A stretch of DNA of 63,580 nt, the filler included, from Folioceros fuciformis (lineage: Eukaryota): NCBI GenBank assembly GCA_049999805.1. It is 8 parts of 8 records of this genome, joined end to end, with 100 filler letters (N's around TTAATTAATTAA, not from the genome) between each part and the next. Parts side by side here need not be neighbours in the genome. Positions count along the whole stretch, not along the records: positions 10,141 to 21,312 come from JBNGIO010000999.1; positions 21,413 to 40,887 come from JBNGIO010001000.1; 6 more parts are not named here. One strand, given 5' to 3'. Positions 12,904-25,500 of this stretch are shown piece by piece. The notes under the pieces were generated by a model that searched no databases, was not told the origin of the DNA, and saw nothing but the letters and a program-made list of their open reading frames with translations. Each line of letters starts with the position of its first letter. Position 1 is the first letter of the stretch. Position numbers and translations under genes: made by a program.

Positions 12904-15900
12904 TCAGTTAAAATCCCCACAGGAGCAGACGCCATCCTTAAAGTGATGAACACGGTGTGCATCTCGGATGATGATCTCGCGGTTTTCAATCTTAGAGATG
13001 GCTTTGGTTCCGTTGTGGCAGTGATCACACATCCGCAGATTCTTGTTCAAGAGCAACGTCGAGCCTTCCGGAGTGTTGAGGAGGCCAAAAGCCAAGGCCA
13101 GCTTCTCAGCATGTCCACACAAGGCATCATCCTCCTCTAGGTCGTACGGTGGCTTGGATGCTGGGTCAAATTGGGACTCCCGTTTCTGCTTCTCTGCTTC
13201 TACATTCAAGCTTTTAAGCTTGGCAGATAGATCATCCCTCATTTCACCCACAGTGAACTCGTGAACCGTGTCATTGACTTGAATCACAGCCTTTGCAAGC
13301 TTCTTTACAGCACCGGTGCTTCTCATGGATTTGTCAATGGAGTCTGCGTCCTCTTGCATGCCAGCCTCGGCATAGAGTTTCGACATGAGAACGTACGCAG
13401 AAGCCTCTTCGGGGTCCTGTTCCACAAGCATATCAAAGCATAGTCTTCCTCGTTCCACCGCACCGTGACTTCTGCATGAACTCAGCAAAGATATCCACCT
13501 GGCACTCGCAGGTGTGAAGGAGCTCACCAAGCTATGGGCGTCCTCGAGGTAGCCTGACCTGCCGAAAAGATCGACTACACAGGTGTAGTGTTCGTCTGTA
13601 GGCACGATGCCGTGGTCGTCGATCATGAGCTTGAAGTAGTGAAGACCCTCCTTCACCAGTCCCACATGACTGCATGCTACAAACAGAGAGGTGAATGTTG
13701 CAGCATCTGGCAGAACCCTATGCCTCTGCATGGCTTCAAAGCATTTAATGGCCAACCCACATTCATTATGCTGCCCGTAGCCGTTGATGAGGGCGTTCCA
13801 TGTCACCACATCCTTCACCAAGAGTCTGTCAAAGAGTGACTGAGCATCGGACAGGCTCCCACATTTCGCATACATGTCCACAAGCGAGTTTCCCACTGTT
13901 ACTTCGGCCTCCAGCCCGCTCTCCAGGATATCGTCGTGGATGTGCCTGCCCTCCTTCAAGGCACCTATGCTAGCACAGGCTTTCAGGATGCTCAGGTAGG
14001 TGATAACATCTCGGGTAACACCATTCTGCTGCATCCCTTCATATAGTTTGAGCGCCTCCCTACCAAGTCCACACTGCACGTATCCAGCGATCATCGTGTT
14101 CCATATCACCTCAGTCTTGGTCTGCAGTACGTCGAAAACACTGCGGGCCGCCTCAAGGTCCCCACATTTCGAATACATGTCGATCAGCGAGCTGCTGACA
14201 GATGCATCTTTGAGCAGCCTCCTCTCCAAGATGTGGTCATGGATCTGTTTGCCTTCTTGTAATGCTCCTATGCTGCTACAAGCTTTCAAAACACTTACGA
14301 ATGTCGCACCGTCTGGTATCATGCCTCCATGTCGCATGATCATGTACAGGGCCAACGCTTCTTGGCCAAGCCCCTGGCGACCATATCCAGCTATCATGGT
14401 ATTCCAGGTTACCAGATTTCTGTTGCACAGTTTGTCAAAGACTCCACGAGCATCATCCAGGCTCCCACATTTAGCATACATGTCTACCAATGCACTACCT
14501 ACAAACACCTCCGACTCTAATTTCTGGTGTGAAATTTGCACATGGACCTGCCTGCCCTCCTGGATGGCTCTCAAACTTCCACATGCTTTCAGCACACTTA
14601 AGAAAGTGACACCGTCAGCAGTTACTCCATTGGAAAGCATTCTCGAATAGAGGTCAAGAGCCTCTTGAAAACGTCCGTGTTGTACATAGCCTGCGATCAT
14701 TGCATTGAAGGTCACCACATTTTTCTTCGACATTCTGTCAAACACTCTACAGGCATCTTGCAGGCTCGCACATTTGGCATACATGTCTACAAGTGTGTTC
14801 AGAACCGAGGTATCTACTTGCCCTGATCCCTGCAGAATTTCCTCATGGACTTGCCTGCCCTCCTTGATGGCTCCAACGCTGCTGCATGCTTTAAGAACAC
14901 TGACAAATGTGGCACTGTCCGGTGTCGTGCCATCCCGTTGCATGGCCTGATACAGTTTCAGAGCTTCATGACCCAGCCCATTGAGAACATAACCTGAGAT
15001 CATGGTGTTCCACGTGACCACATTCTTTGTCACCAAGCCATCGAACACCCTACGAGCATCCTCCATGCTCCCGCACTTGGCGTACATATCAATCAACGTG
15101 CTCCCGACAAACACATTCGACTCCAACTCGCTGTCCACAACGTCAGCATGGACAAGCTTCCCAGATGTCAAATCGCCTCCAGTAGCACACGCTTTCAGGA
15201 CAGCGACTAATATATAATCGGTTGGCCTCACATTGGAAGCTCGCATCTGCCAGTAAAGCTGTATCCCATCGAAGGGCCTCTTGTTCTCTGCATGAGCAGA
15301 GATGATAGAAGCCCACACAAATTCATTAGGTGCGGGTAGCTTTCTGAACACCCGGTTTGCTTCATCCATGATTCCATGAGAAGCATACATGCGAATCATG
15401 TGGTTTCCCAAGAAAGCATTGGAGCCATGCCCCGTCCTCACCGTGAGGTCATGAACCTTTCTGCCAAAATCCAAGTCCTTCCTGGCCATGCACCCTTTCA
15501 ACAGAGCGTACAGCATGTCCCTCGACACAGCACTTCCATGCTGCCACAGGAGATCCACCTCCTGAAAGGCCTCATCCCACTGCCCTCGCTCACACAATTT
15601 GCTCCACGATGCTTCAGCCTCCACCACCCTGATTTGTGAAAAGGGCTGGTAAGTTTCCACCCAACCGACCAGCACCAGCATAAGCCACAAACCATGACAA
15701 ATGAAATCAGCTGCAAGCATACTGCCTGCACCTCCCAAGCCCGTAACAGACACGGCTAGACTCCAAAGCAGAATCCCCGCTCCGCTGCTGCAAGGATGCA
15801 GTAGTTGGCCAGGGCTTTGGGCGGTGCACATTGCTGCCCTTGAAATGAGCCCCAACTCCATCCAAGGGCCTCAGGCTCGCCAAGCCCCTCCTCCTGCAGG

Positions 15901-15964
15901 GCCATCCCTGCAGCTGCCTCAACGACCCACAAGACAGCAGCAGCCCAGGCCCGCGTTTCCTCAT
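12904..15964 (-). CDS. PLS-class PPR protein with E1/E2 and DYW:KP-type domain ending DFN; candidate U-to-C editing factor
   Basis: P-L-S arrays (VVTWN..., TF.SVLKAC..., LVDMYAKCGS...). C-terminus KKLAKAVIQV...HAEKLALAFGLLNTP...KNLRMCDHCH...CSCGDFN. Proposed model: exon1 15964-15723, 94-nt intron (GTATGC...AATCAG), exon2 15628-12904; phases match. Confidence 0.93.
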
Positions 15965-16004
15965 CCGGACACAGGGTCATCCAAGTCATCCAGCTCCTGT
16001 CAAC

Positions 16005-16087
16005 ACCAGCCCAGCTCAGCGCAGACCAGCCCAGCCCAGCTCAGCGCAGACCAGACCAGCCCAGCCCAGCCCAGCCCAGCCCAGCCC
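16005..16087. repeat. (CCCAG)n-like pentanucleotide microsatellite upstream of the PPR gene
   Basis: CAGCCCAGCTCAGCGCAGACCAGCCCAGCCCAG... imperfect 5-bp array. Confidence 0.85.
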
Positions 16088-17374
16088 GTTCTGCTGCTGC
16101 CAGTAGTCAGCCCGTGACAATCAGGCGAAGTAGAGAAAGGAATCTTGTCAGGGCCTCGCTTTGTTGCACAATCCTCGACCTCCGGCAATAGAATAAATTC
16201 GAAAAGCGGGTGATTTTACCCATGAGTGAAAACGGTACTTCCTGCCTCGCTGCGTCCTCGGAGAAAGGCGCCCATCTGCCTCTTCTCCTTCTCTTCTCCT
16301 GCAGCTGCTGCTCCTCCTCCTTCTCCTTCTCCTTCCCCCATCTCTGCCCCCCACCACACACACAACACCCGAGACTCGTCACTCTGTGCTGACGTGCTCT
16401 GCTTCTCTTCCACTTACTCTGCTGTTGCTGCTGTTGCCGAATGTATCGCACACATTCTGCAACGCCCACATCAGACCGTCATCCTTTTGCAACGTGAATC
16501 AGCCATCGAAGGACATCGTAAACGGGCAGCCCGCCGTCAATGCGCTGATCCTTGTAAGCACACTCCCATTTTTCTCCGCCGGCAGGCAGGCAGTCGATGT
16601 TCCCCCCTGTCGGTTGCAGCTCCTCCAACCTGCCGCCTTTGCTGAACTGGCTTCTTGGATGCACACAGATTCCTTGGCTCAATCCCTGAGATATGCATAG
16701 ATTCCTCTTCCCAAGCTTAGAGTGCAGCTTTCTTCTACTCTTGTATTCCGCTCTGTTGTTTTTTTCGTGCGCACTTGCTGCCGATTGCTCTCCTTTCTCG
16801 ATTACTCATCCAAGGTTCTGATCCGAACGAGCTTGTGGCAATTTTGTGTCAGCTCTCGCTGATAGATTTTGGGAATCTGTGCAGGGGATAGCATGGGCTT
16901 CCCAGTCCCCATCTCCCTGAGGTAGCATGGAAAAATGATTTTTTTTTCTTCTCTCTTCAGCAATGCAGTGCAGCATCCCCATGCACGAGGCTGCTGTAGA
17001 TTGTGACTCTGCTTCGCGAATTCCTCCCATCGCTGAATAGTGTCTGTCCTGCGTGCTTGTATCCCAGTCCCCGCATGCTACCATCGCTGAAGGCGGTGCT
17101 CGAATTCCTGCCCGCTCTGCTTTTTCCTCGCTCACTGTATCCAGCTGAGCTGATCGTGTGATGCCGTCGTGTGATGCCGTCGTGACACGACTGATCTTGC
17201 AAGCAGGCCAGCAGATGATCTGAATCCCGTCGTACGGCCTTGCAATTTCCCGGAATGTGCGGCATGTGTTGCTTCCAGAATGTGCAATTGGGTGTCGTGC
17301 GTCTTGTACGATGGTGATCGGAGGACTAAGAGGTTGCTGGTGTGCGGGTGTTCCTTTGCGTGGATGTGTTGCAG

Positions 17375-17803
17375 ATGGGGCGCACGAAGAAGAGATTGGC
17401 TGTGGCTCCCTCGAAGCAGACGACGTTGGCAGCTGCGGAGCCCGGAGCCCCCGCCCCCGTACAAAGAAAGCGGGGGAGGCCCCGGAAGGTGGTGAAGGAG
17501 GAGGCTGCTGTGGAGGTTGCGGACACCAAGACGGATGACGGGAGCAGCAAGGGCAAAAAGCTTCCCAAGCTGGCAGCGGACACAGCTCCCGGCACACAGG
17601 GGCGGAATCGCAGCAGGCCTGGGAAGAAGGACGCCGACCTCCTCTCTCCCAAGTCCGAATCCGACAAGCTGCTGGCCATGGAGAGCAGCAACAGCGGCAA
17701 CCATCTGGAGGAGGTGGTGAAGGTGAACGCCAGCCAGCGAGTGGGCAGGAGGCGCAAGAGCGAGCCTCGCAGGGCAGCCGGCACGTTTCCCGAAGGCTCC
17801 TGA
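17375..17803 (+). CDS. Small basic AT-hook protein (142 aa)
   Basis: ATG directly after a TTGCAG acceptor (5'UTR intron). AT-hook RKRGRPRK, and C-terminal GRRRKSEPRRAA typical of a small plant AT-hook family. Divergent from the PPR gene. Confidence 0.8.
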   Translation: MGRTKKRLAVAPSKQTTLAAAEPGAPAPVQRKRGRPRKVVKEEAAVEVADTKTDDGSSKGKKLPKLAADTAPGTQGRNRSRPGKKDADLLSPKSESDKLLAMESSNSGNHLEEVVKVNASQRVGRRRKSEPRRAAGTFPEGS

Positions 17804-19624
17804 TCTTCCTGCTGCCTGCTTTGCCCAGCGTTCTCTTTTCTTCGTCAGGAAAGCCGATTCCGTCTTCCGGCCAATCCTTGCCCCAGTTTTTGCACTACCT
17901 GACCTTCCGTCTCACAGGAAGCGGCTGCTATTGTTCCTGCTGCTGCTGCTTCTTCTCCTGCAGTTTAGGCAGGGGGAGGCACATGGTGATTCGCATGTGA
18001 GCTGCTGGGTTCCTTCACATGGCAAGGCACATGGGGCAGGTACATACATTGCTGGCTTGCAAGGGGAGGCAAGTTTTTCCACCACCACAACCTTGTTTGG
18101 GTAGAGGATTGGTAGACTGTGTTGGATGATCCCTGGCAGGAAATTTTCCTGTGACCACGTCACTGAAGCCCTGCACATACAGGATGATCCGCTGCAGCTC
18201 CTGGCCTCCCAGACAGTGAGCAGCTTGTGTAGATCCATCCCCTTCCATCTTCACCGCTCACAATGGAGGCAGGCCTGTTGCTCCTTCCTTTGTTGTCGGG
18301 ATTAGAACCTGCAGCTTTCCAAGATTGCAACGTTCGGCTTCCTTGCCTTCGCCTTGCCTAGGAAGGAGTGTCATTATTTATCTAATATGCCATGCCCAGC
18401 CCTTGTCGACAGCAATCGGCTGTGGCTGGCCACGATGCAGCTCGGTTTAGAGCTTCCGTACCTGCTGTCTGCAAAAAGTCACCATGGACACCAAGAAGCA
18501 GGTGCAGGTCTCCCATCTCTTTTTGCAGCTGCCTTCCCCACGCCTCGTCTATCTTGTCTGGCTTCATGTCTGTGAGTAGAGAGTAGGCTTGGCTTGGTTT
18601 GGTTTGGCTTGGCTTTCCTGAAAGCAGAAAGAAAGGGAAGAGAGACAGCCGCATTTCTTGCCTGATCCATGGCTGCCGCGGGTCCATACAAGTCTACGTG
18701 CTGGGTGGTTGGTATGACATAGAACAGCTCATTTGGCCACAAGCTCAAGACGATGGGATACATAGAGGCCTGATTCAACGTGGTTTCGTGTCAGTGGCCT
18801 TCAAATGACAGGAAGCAGTGTGGGCATCCAGATGGGTGGCTACCGCCTGTAGCAGCAGCAGCGTTATGGGCCTTGTCCTGACCAGACACCACCGTCTTCT
18901 CTGGGGGCGAAACGTATGACTGTATGTATTTCTGTCCTGCAAACGAATTCTACCTACATACGTCCGTAGGGGTAGAGTACAGAAAATCGCCATCTGCCAG
19001 ATTTGACGACAGAGATTCGCTGTCTGCATGGGCTTAAAGCCCTCCACTCCCACGACACCCTTGCTCATCATGTGCTCGCTGCGTTTATCCTTATCATGTT
19101 CCTGCACTGTTCATATCCATCTACCTATCCGGTTGGTGGCCCAATCAACACGGTTTCTAATCACCACCCGTCGCTTTTAGTCTGCCCTTCTCTTTCTCAC
19201 TAGTGATGTCCCGCTTTATGAGCTGCTTAAGCACCTTTGCATAATTTGTTTTCTTAATTGTCTACATTACATAAATAAATCAGGAAGCCCCACTCCATGA
19301 TTGAATCAAGGTACATTTTTTTCACTTCTCCGTATTAGGGCACAGCATTACTACCCACGATGCCATTCCTTTCTTTCTTTTCCTTTCCAAGTTCATGGAG
19401 ACATGGACTAAGAGGAGTACCATTGCTTAAGGTGTGGGATTGGTCTCCCTCGTTCTTTCATGTATGGCAGCATACTACAAACAAGACAAAGAGTGTCCAT
19501 CGCTATGCAACAATGAGTGTCCATAGCTATGCAACATTTGTTGGCCATAGCGGTGTCCAAGGCCATAGCGAAGGCAAGACACGTGACTACCAATAGCACC
19601 TAAAATATCAAGTTGCTGACGTCG

Positions 19625-20190
19625 TCGTCTCTCTTGCCAATGTTGTCAATGTTGTCATCCTGTGTATGGCATTAGTCAACGCTTGTTGTAGAACAATGAA
19701 AAGAAAGCTACAATACATGAAAAAGAAAGAAGCCTATTTTTCTTGCTATGAACCCCCTTGACACAAGACTTCAAAAACTTGGAAAATGTTTTGCACATGG
19801 TCTCGTGGGTCTCAATGGCAAGAGGGATGAAGGTGTGTCTATCCCATACATAGGTGTACTTGTGAATCTTGGTCAATGCACTCCTCTCAGCCGCCTAACT
19901 CGCGGAGTTGAGCACAACATACTTGCAAATCAAGACTCATGTGGGGTCAGTTACAACTATGTCGGAAAAGGTCAAAAGGAAGAGAAGAAAAAGCTCAACC
20001 CCAAAGACATGGAAAAGCTCAACCGAAGAGAAACTCCTTTAAGTAGAATGTAGCACCCTTAACTAGAGTGTATAGGCATAAACCCAGTCTCCTTGGCCAA
20101 AGAAAACATGACATCTCGCACAATGTCATGTGCGTAGCAATCATTGATCTCCAATCGAGCAACGAGCAAGATGAGTACAAAGAGTTGTCT
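19625..20190 (-). mobile_element. Non-LTR retrotransposon 3' remnant (CCHC knuckle + restriction-like endonuclease, CRE/R2-type)
   Basis: Minus-strand frames give THLARCSIG...HDIVRDVMFSLAKETG, DIVVTDPT...AAERSALTKIHKY, FIPLAIETH...FSKFLKSC. Frameshifted. Confidence 0.75.
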
Positions 20191-21312
20191 TATGGCCTAT
20201 TTAAAAAGAGGAATAGATCTATAAATAGATAGATATTTAGATGAAATATGGTTTGTACTTTGATTGAAAATAGAGTTTGGTACTAAAGGGAAAAAAGAAA
20301 GAAAAATCTAACATTTATAATCTACAAAAGAAGGAGGCGGAAGGAGTTGGATAGAGAAAAAAAGTTTGAATTGTTCTCATCTATTATATTGTTCATCTTA
20401 CATTCTTTAGACTCTTATCTATTAGTCTTTGTAACAAACACTAGGCTAACAAGATCTAGACTTGTTAAAATCGCGGCATTCACCCAAGAAATTAAGAAAG
20501 GTCACTACGATAATGTTGTCCTTTTTCAACTACGGAAGTGATAAGCCATGATAAGCCATGTGAGCACATTCATTATTGCTATGGCTTCAGAGACTTACCA
20601 ATATTTTTAAAGTGCATGGTCATAGCTCATGCTATACACACTTTGTACAAAGTGTTACAAATATGTAGTCAAATTGTAACCAAGTTTGCCAATGAAAAGA
20701 GCTAATGACATAGCTTCGTTAATCATTATAATATCGTTAACTTACAATATATCATTAACTTACGTTTCAACAATCTATCTTTTGAATTAGTTCGAATACA
20801 TGTTAAGAAACTCGTTGTTTGCTAGATTTTGTTCCAACAATCTATCTTGTGGTAGCTTGGATTTCAAATAACATTTGTTTCAGTAATTTTGCTTTTATAA
20901 GGAAGTATTAGGTAGGTTCCACACCTTAATGGTGTGAGGCCTTGATATATTGTCTCTTTGCTTAAAACATATACAGTTTGCGGCATTTAATGTATACTCT
21001 TTATATCCAAGGGATGTTAAATTACATACACAAGGTTAACAACCTTGTTACAAACAATGTTTGTAACAAACTATATGTTATTATATCGTGTTTTTGAGAT
21101 ATGCCTCATCGGATCTTGCAAAAGGCGTCTCAATTTCGGGGTGGAAGAAATCTGTTACAAGCTCATACGTGAATCGAAGGATTGTTGCCCTTCTTACAAT
21201 GTGGCAATTCATAGACAAATATGCGGTCGAATAAGAAACAACATTGTCTTCAATTTTTCCAGACGAGTCTTCGTCCAAATAGTTGTGTAATAATCGATGT
21301 GCCGCTCGCACC

Positions 21313-21412
21313 NNNNNNNNNNNNNNNNNNNNNNNNNNNNNNNNNNNNNNNNNNNNTTAATTAATTAANNNNNNNNNNNNNNNNNNNNNNNNNNNNNNNN
21401 NNNNNNNNNNNN
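21313..21412. other. Artificial contig linker
   Basis: N44-TTAATTAATTAA-N44. Confidence 0.99.
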
Positions 21413-22512
21413 ACACTAAATTGGGCCATTTTGTTTTGGTGTAATAATTGTTATGCATGTTTTTGTGATATTCTTTCTATGATTCTGAAACAAATAACAA
21501 GTAAATTATGAACACTATGTAGATTTTCATTAGCTAAAAAATGATAATAATTCATTAAATTTTAAATAAAGCTTGTAGATGGAAGATCTAATGTAGCTTA
21601 GGTTTACACTTTCTCTGTAAGTACTATGATCTTTCTATCAAATCTAAAACTTAGCTTACCAGCAAATTCAAAACCTAGTAGTATGCACTTCTTTGGTTGG
21701 AAGAGTGGTAGCAGGCTTGTTTCGTAGTAGAAGAGAGGTAGGTAGAAAAAATAGGTTATGTGAATTGTTAACACATTGTTAGAGCCATATATGGTTACTT
21801 AACAACTAAACTAATTGGTGTATTAGATTAGATGGGATGGGAGCTTTGGGGGAGCTGATGGGCTGTGGCCTACACACACGTTGCGGCAAGGGCAAGTGCC
21901 TGACAGCAACAAGTCCGTTCCAATCGCCCATAATAGAGCCTGTGACTTTTTTTACGCAGGAAAGGCGATGAAAAAAAGGGAGGAGAAAGGAAGCGTGGCA
22001 CTTTGTGACGTAATGTAGGCCAGGAAAGGAGAAGTGCATCGGAGAGGGCGAGAATGTGGGCGAGGCGAGGAACCAGACTAGTTTATTATTACTGTAGGCA
22101 AGTCAAGGGGATCCACATCGCTGGCTCAGATCTACGTTACCCGGTGAATAAGAGAGAGGGAGGTGGGGACTCCAGGTGGGCTGCAGAAAAATCAGAAATG
22201 TGCTGTGGAGCACTGAGAAGTACTGTGTGTTGGACTTTTCCCAGATCAGCGTCGGATTTAGCTTGGGGGTGTGCTATGACCTGTGGCTGTACGAATGGAC
22301 AAAGAATATGGCAGACTGTCATCTGACATTCAGATTAGTGCACTTGTCAACCTCCTCCCATTCTCGCCATCCCATTGGCCTGCACCTCATAGCTTACATC
22401 ACAGCACCACTGTCAGGATGTCACGATGTTGCAACAGAGGCTGGCAGAATGGTAGACCTCATCAGACTTGGACTAGATGCAACCCGGACAAAGACACAAA
22501 ATGGCCACCCAC

Positions 22513-25500
22513 TCAATGCTCATCCCCACACGAGCAAGACCCCTCCACGAAACGATGCACTCGGTGTGCATCTCGGACTAGGATCTCTCGTTGCTCCAAA
22601 CGAGACATGATTTTGGTGCTGCTGTGACAGTCACTACACATCCGCAGGTTTTTTGTGACCAGCAGAGTGGTGCCATCTGGAGTGTTGAGCAGGCCATAGG
22701 CCAGGGCTAGTTTCTCTGCGTGCCCACACAGGGCGTTTTCCTTCTCCCGCTCCGACACAGCTTTCAGCACTAGCTCCGTTTGTGCCACATGCCCTCCCTC
22801 TTCCTTCGCCTTTGCACTCATGCTCCTCAGCTTCCATGAGATGTCGGACCTGTCTTCCCCCACCGTGAACTCGTGCACCTTCTTCTGCACTTCAATGCAC
22901 GCCTTGGCAGGTTTCTTGCAGGCACCTGCAGACTTCCTCATGCTCTCTACCTTGACCACGTCCTTCCACCTCCCCTCACTGGCCAGGATGTTACTCAAGA
23001 GAACGTATGGAGTTGCGTTGCCGGGTTCCAGTCTCACCAGGTGATCGAAACATCGTCTTCCCCGCTCTAGATCACCGTGCCCCTTGCAAGCACTCAGCAG
23101 ACACGTCCAGCCCACAGCATGGTGTTCCATGGAGACTGTCTGCAGCATGTTTTCTGCCTCGTCAAGATGGCCTGATCGTGCCAGAAGATCCACCATGCAA
23201 TTTCTGTGATAGTCGCTGGGTGTGAGACCATAATCCTCCAGCATCATTCTGAAGTACTCCTGGCCCTCACGCACCAGGCCCGCATGACTGCAAGCCACCA
23301 GCACACATATGAAGGTCGTCTCATCCGGCTCCATGCCTCGCTCACGCATCTCTTCGAAACATTGTACGGCCATACGACCGTCGCCATTCTCAGCATAGCC
23401 TTTGAGGAGAGCACTCCAGGTCACCACGTCTCCAACGGCACTCCTGTCAAGTACTCTGCGTGCATCTACTAAGCTCCCACACTTGCAGTACATGTCTATT
23501 AGGCTGCTGGCAACATGGTCATCACATTCCAGCCCTCGTTCACGGATCTGTGCATGCAGCAGCTTCCCGTTGTGTAGCGCTCCCACACTTCCACATGCTT
23601 GAAGGAGACACAGAAATGTGACACGATTGGCCAAGGTCGCACCCTCCTCCTGCATCTTTTCATAAACAGCAAGGGCTCCTCCACCCATACCCTGCCGCAT
23701 ATACCCTGCAATCATAGAATTCCACGTCACCACGTCTCTACTTGGCAGTCTTTCAAAGACCATGCGAGCATCATCCAAGCTCCCACACTTCACGTACATG
23801 TCCACCAAGCAGTTGCCCACTGATACCTCGGCTTCTAATCCTCTTTCCTGGATCCGTGAATGAAGCTGTTTCCCGAGGTGCAGATCCCCGATTCTTGCAC
23901 ATGCTTGGAGCAGGCACACGAATGTAACACGGTTAGCAGACTGAGCACCCTCAAGTTCCATGCTTTCATACAGATCAAGCGCTTCCTGACCAAACCCATC
24001 ATGAGCATACCCTGCGAGCATGGCCGTCCATGTCACCAGATTTTTCTTGGGCAGTCTGTCAAACACTACGCGGGCATCTTCTAAGCTCCCGCATTTTGCA
24101 TACATGTCAACCAAGGAGCTACCAACGAAAAGATCAGCTTCTAGTCCCCTTTCCAGGACCTGTACATGAAGTGCCTTTCCATGGGGCAGAGCTCGAACTC
24201 CTGCACATGCTTGAAGGAGGGCCACAAATGTGACCTCGTTGGCTGGGGTGATGCCCTCCTGCTGCATTCTTGCATGCAGGCCAAGAGCCTCATAACCCAT
24301 GCCCTGCTCAGCGTATGCTGTCACCATGGCCGTCCACGTCACCACATCTCTCCTGGGAAGGCTGTCAAACACTCTACGAGCATCCCTCAGGCTCCCACAT
24401 TTTGAATACATGTCCACCAGGGAGTTTCCTACTAGTGTATCAGTATCTAGGCCCCTCTCCTCAATTTCTGCATGGAGCTGCTTCCCCTCGTGCAGTGCTC
24501 CCACGCTGGCACACGCTTGAAGCAGGCACGCGAAGGTAACATGGTTGGCAGAAGATATGCCTTCCTGTTGCATACTGGCATACAAAGCCAGGGCTTCATG
24601 ACCAAGACCCTGCTGCACATATCCTGAGACCATGGCGTTCCATGTGACCACATTTCTCGTGGGCAGTCTGTCAAGTACTGCCCGGGCATCCACTAGGGTC
24701 CCACATTTGCAATACATGTCCACCAAGCTGGTGCCAACAGACACATCAGCTTCCAGATCTCTTTCATGAATCTGGAGATGGAACTGCTTGCCCTGTTCCA
24801 ACTCTCCCACGATGGCACACGCTTGCAGGAGGCACACAAACGTCACCTGATTGGGTGGAGTGCCCTCCTGCTGCATGTTAGCATACAAAGCCAATGCCTC
24901 CCGGCCTAGCCCTTGCTGATTATACCCTGCGATCATGGCATTCCATGTCACCACATCTCTCCTCGGCAACCCACGAAACACCCTGCCCGCATCCTCCAAG
25001 CTCCCACATTTAGCATACATGCTCACCAGACTGTTCCCAACGAACATATTGACCTTAACAGCACTAGCCACTATCTCAGCATGGACTTCCTTGCCGCAAC
25101 CAAGATCCTCTGCAGCGGCACAAGCCTTGAGACCTGCCACAAACACATGGTTGTCTGGCTCCACACTTGAAGCCCGCATACGTCGATAAAGCTTTATACC
25201 TTCCACGGGCTCCCCACAACGAACATGAGCCAAGATGACGGTGGCCCATAGATAGGCATCGGGTTGTGTGACTCCATGAAACACCTCCACTACATCATCC
25301 AGCCTGCCGTGGGCAGCATACATGCTAACAATCTGGTTGGCCAGGACGGGATTCGTCTCACACCCACTTGTAGCGGCAATTTTGTGAACCCGAGCGGCAA
25401 GAGCCATATCCTTTTGTGCAATGCACCTGCTCAGGACACGGTAGAAAACAGAGGTCCTGACGGAAAGTCCTCGTTGCACCTGGAGGTCTAGGGCTCCAAC

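Noticed and set aside
14000-14650. Long antisense ORFs over PPR genes (also 33783-34664, 61822-63276)
   Set aside because: Shadow frames produced by repetitive PPR codon patterns.
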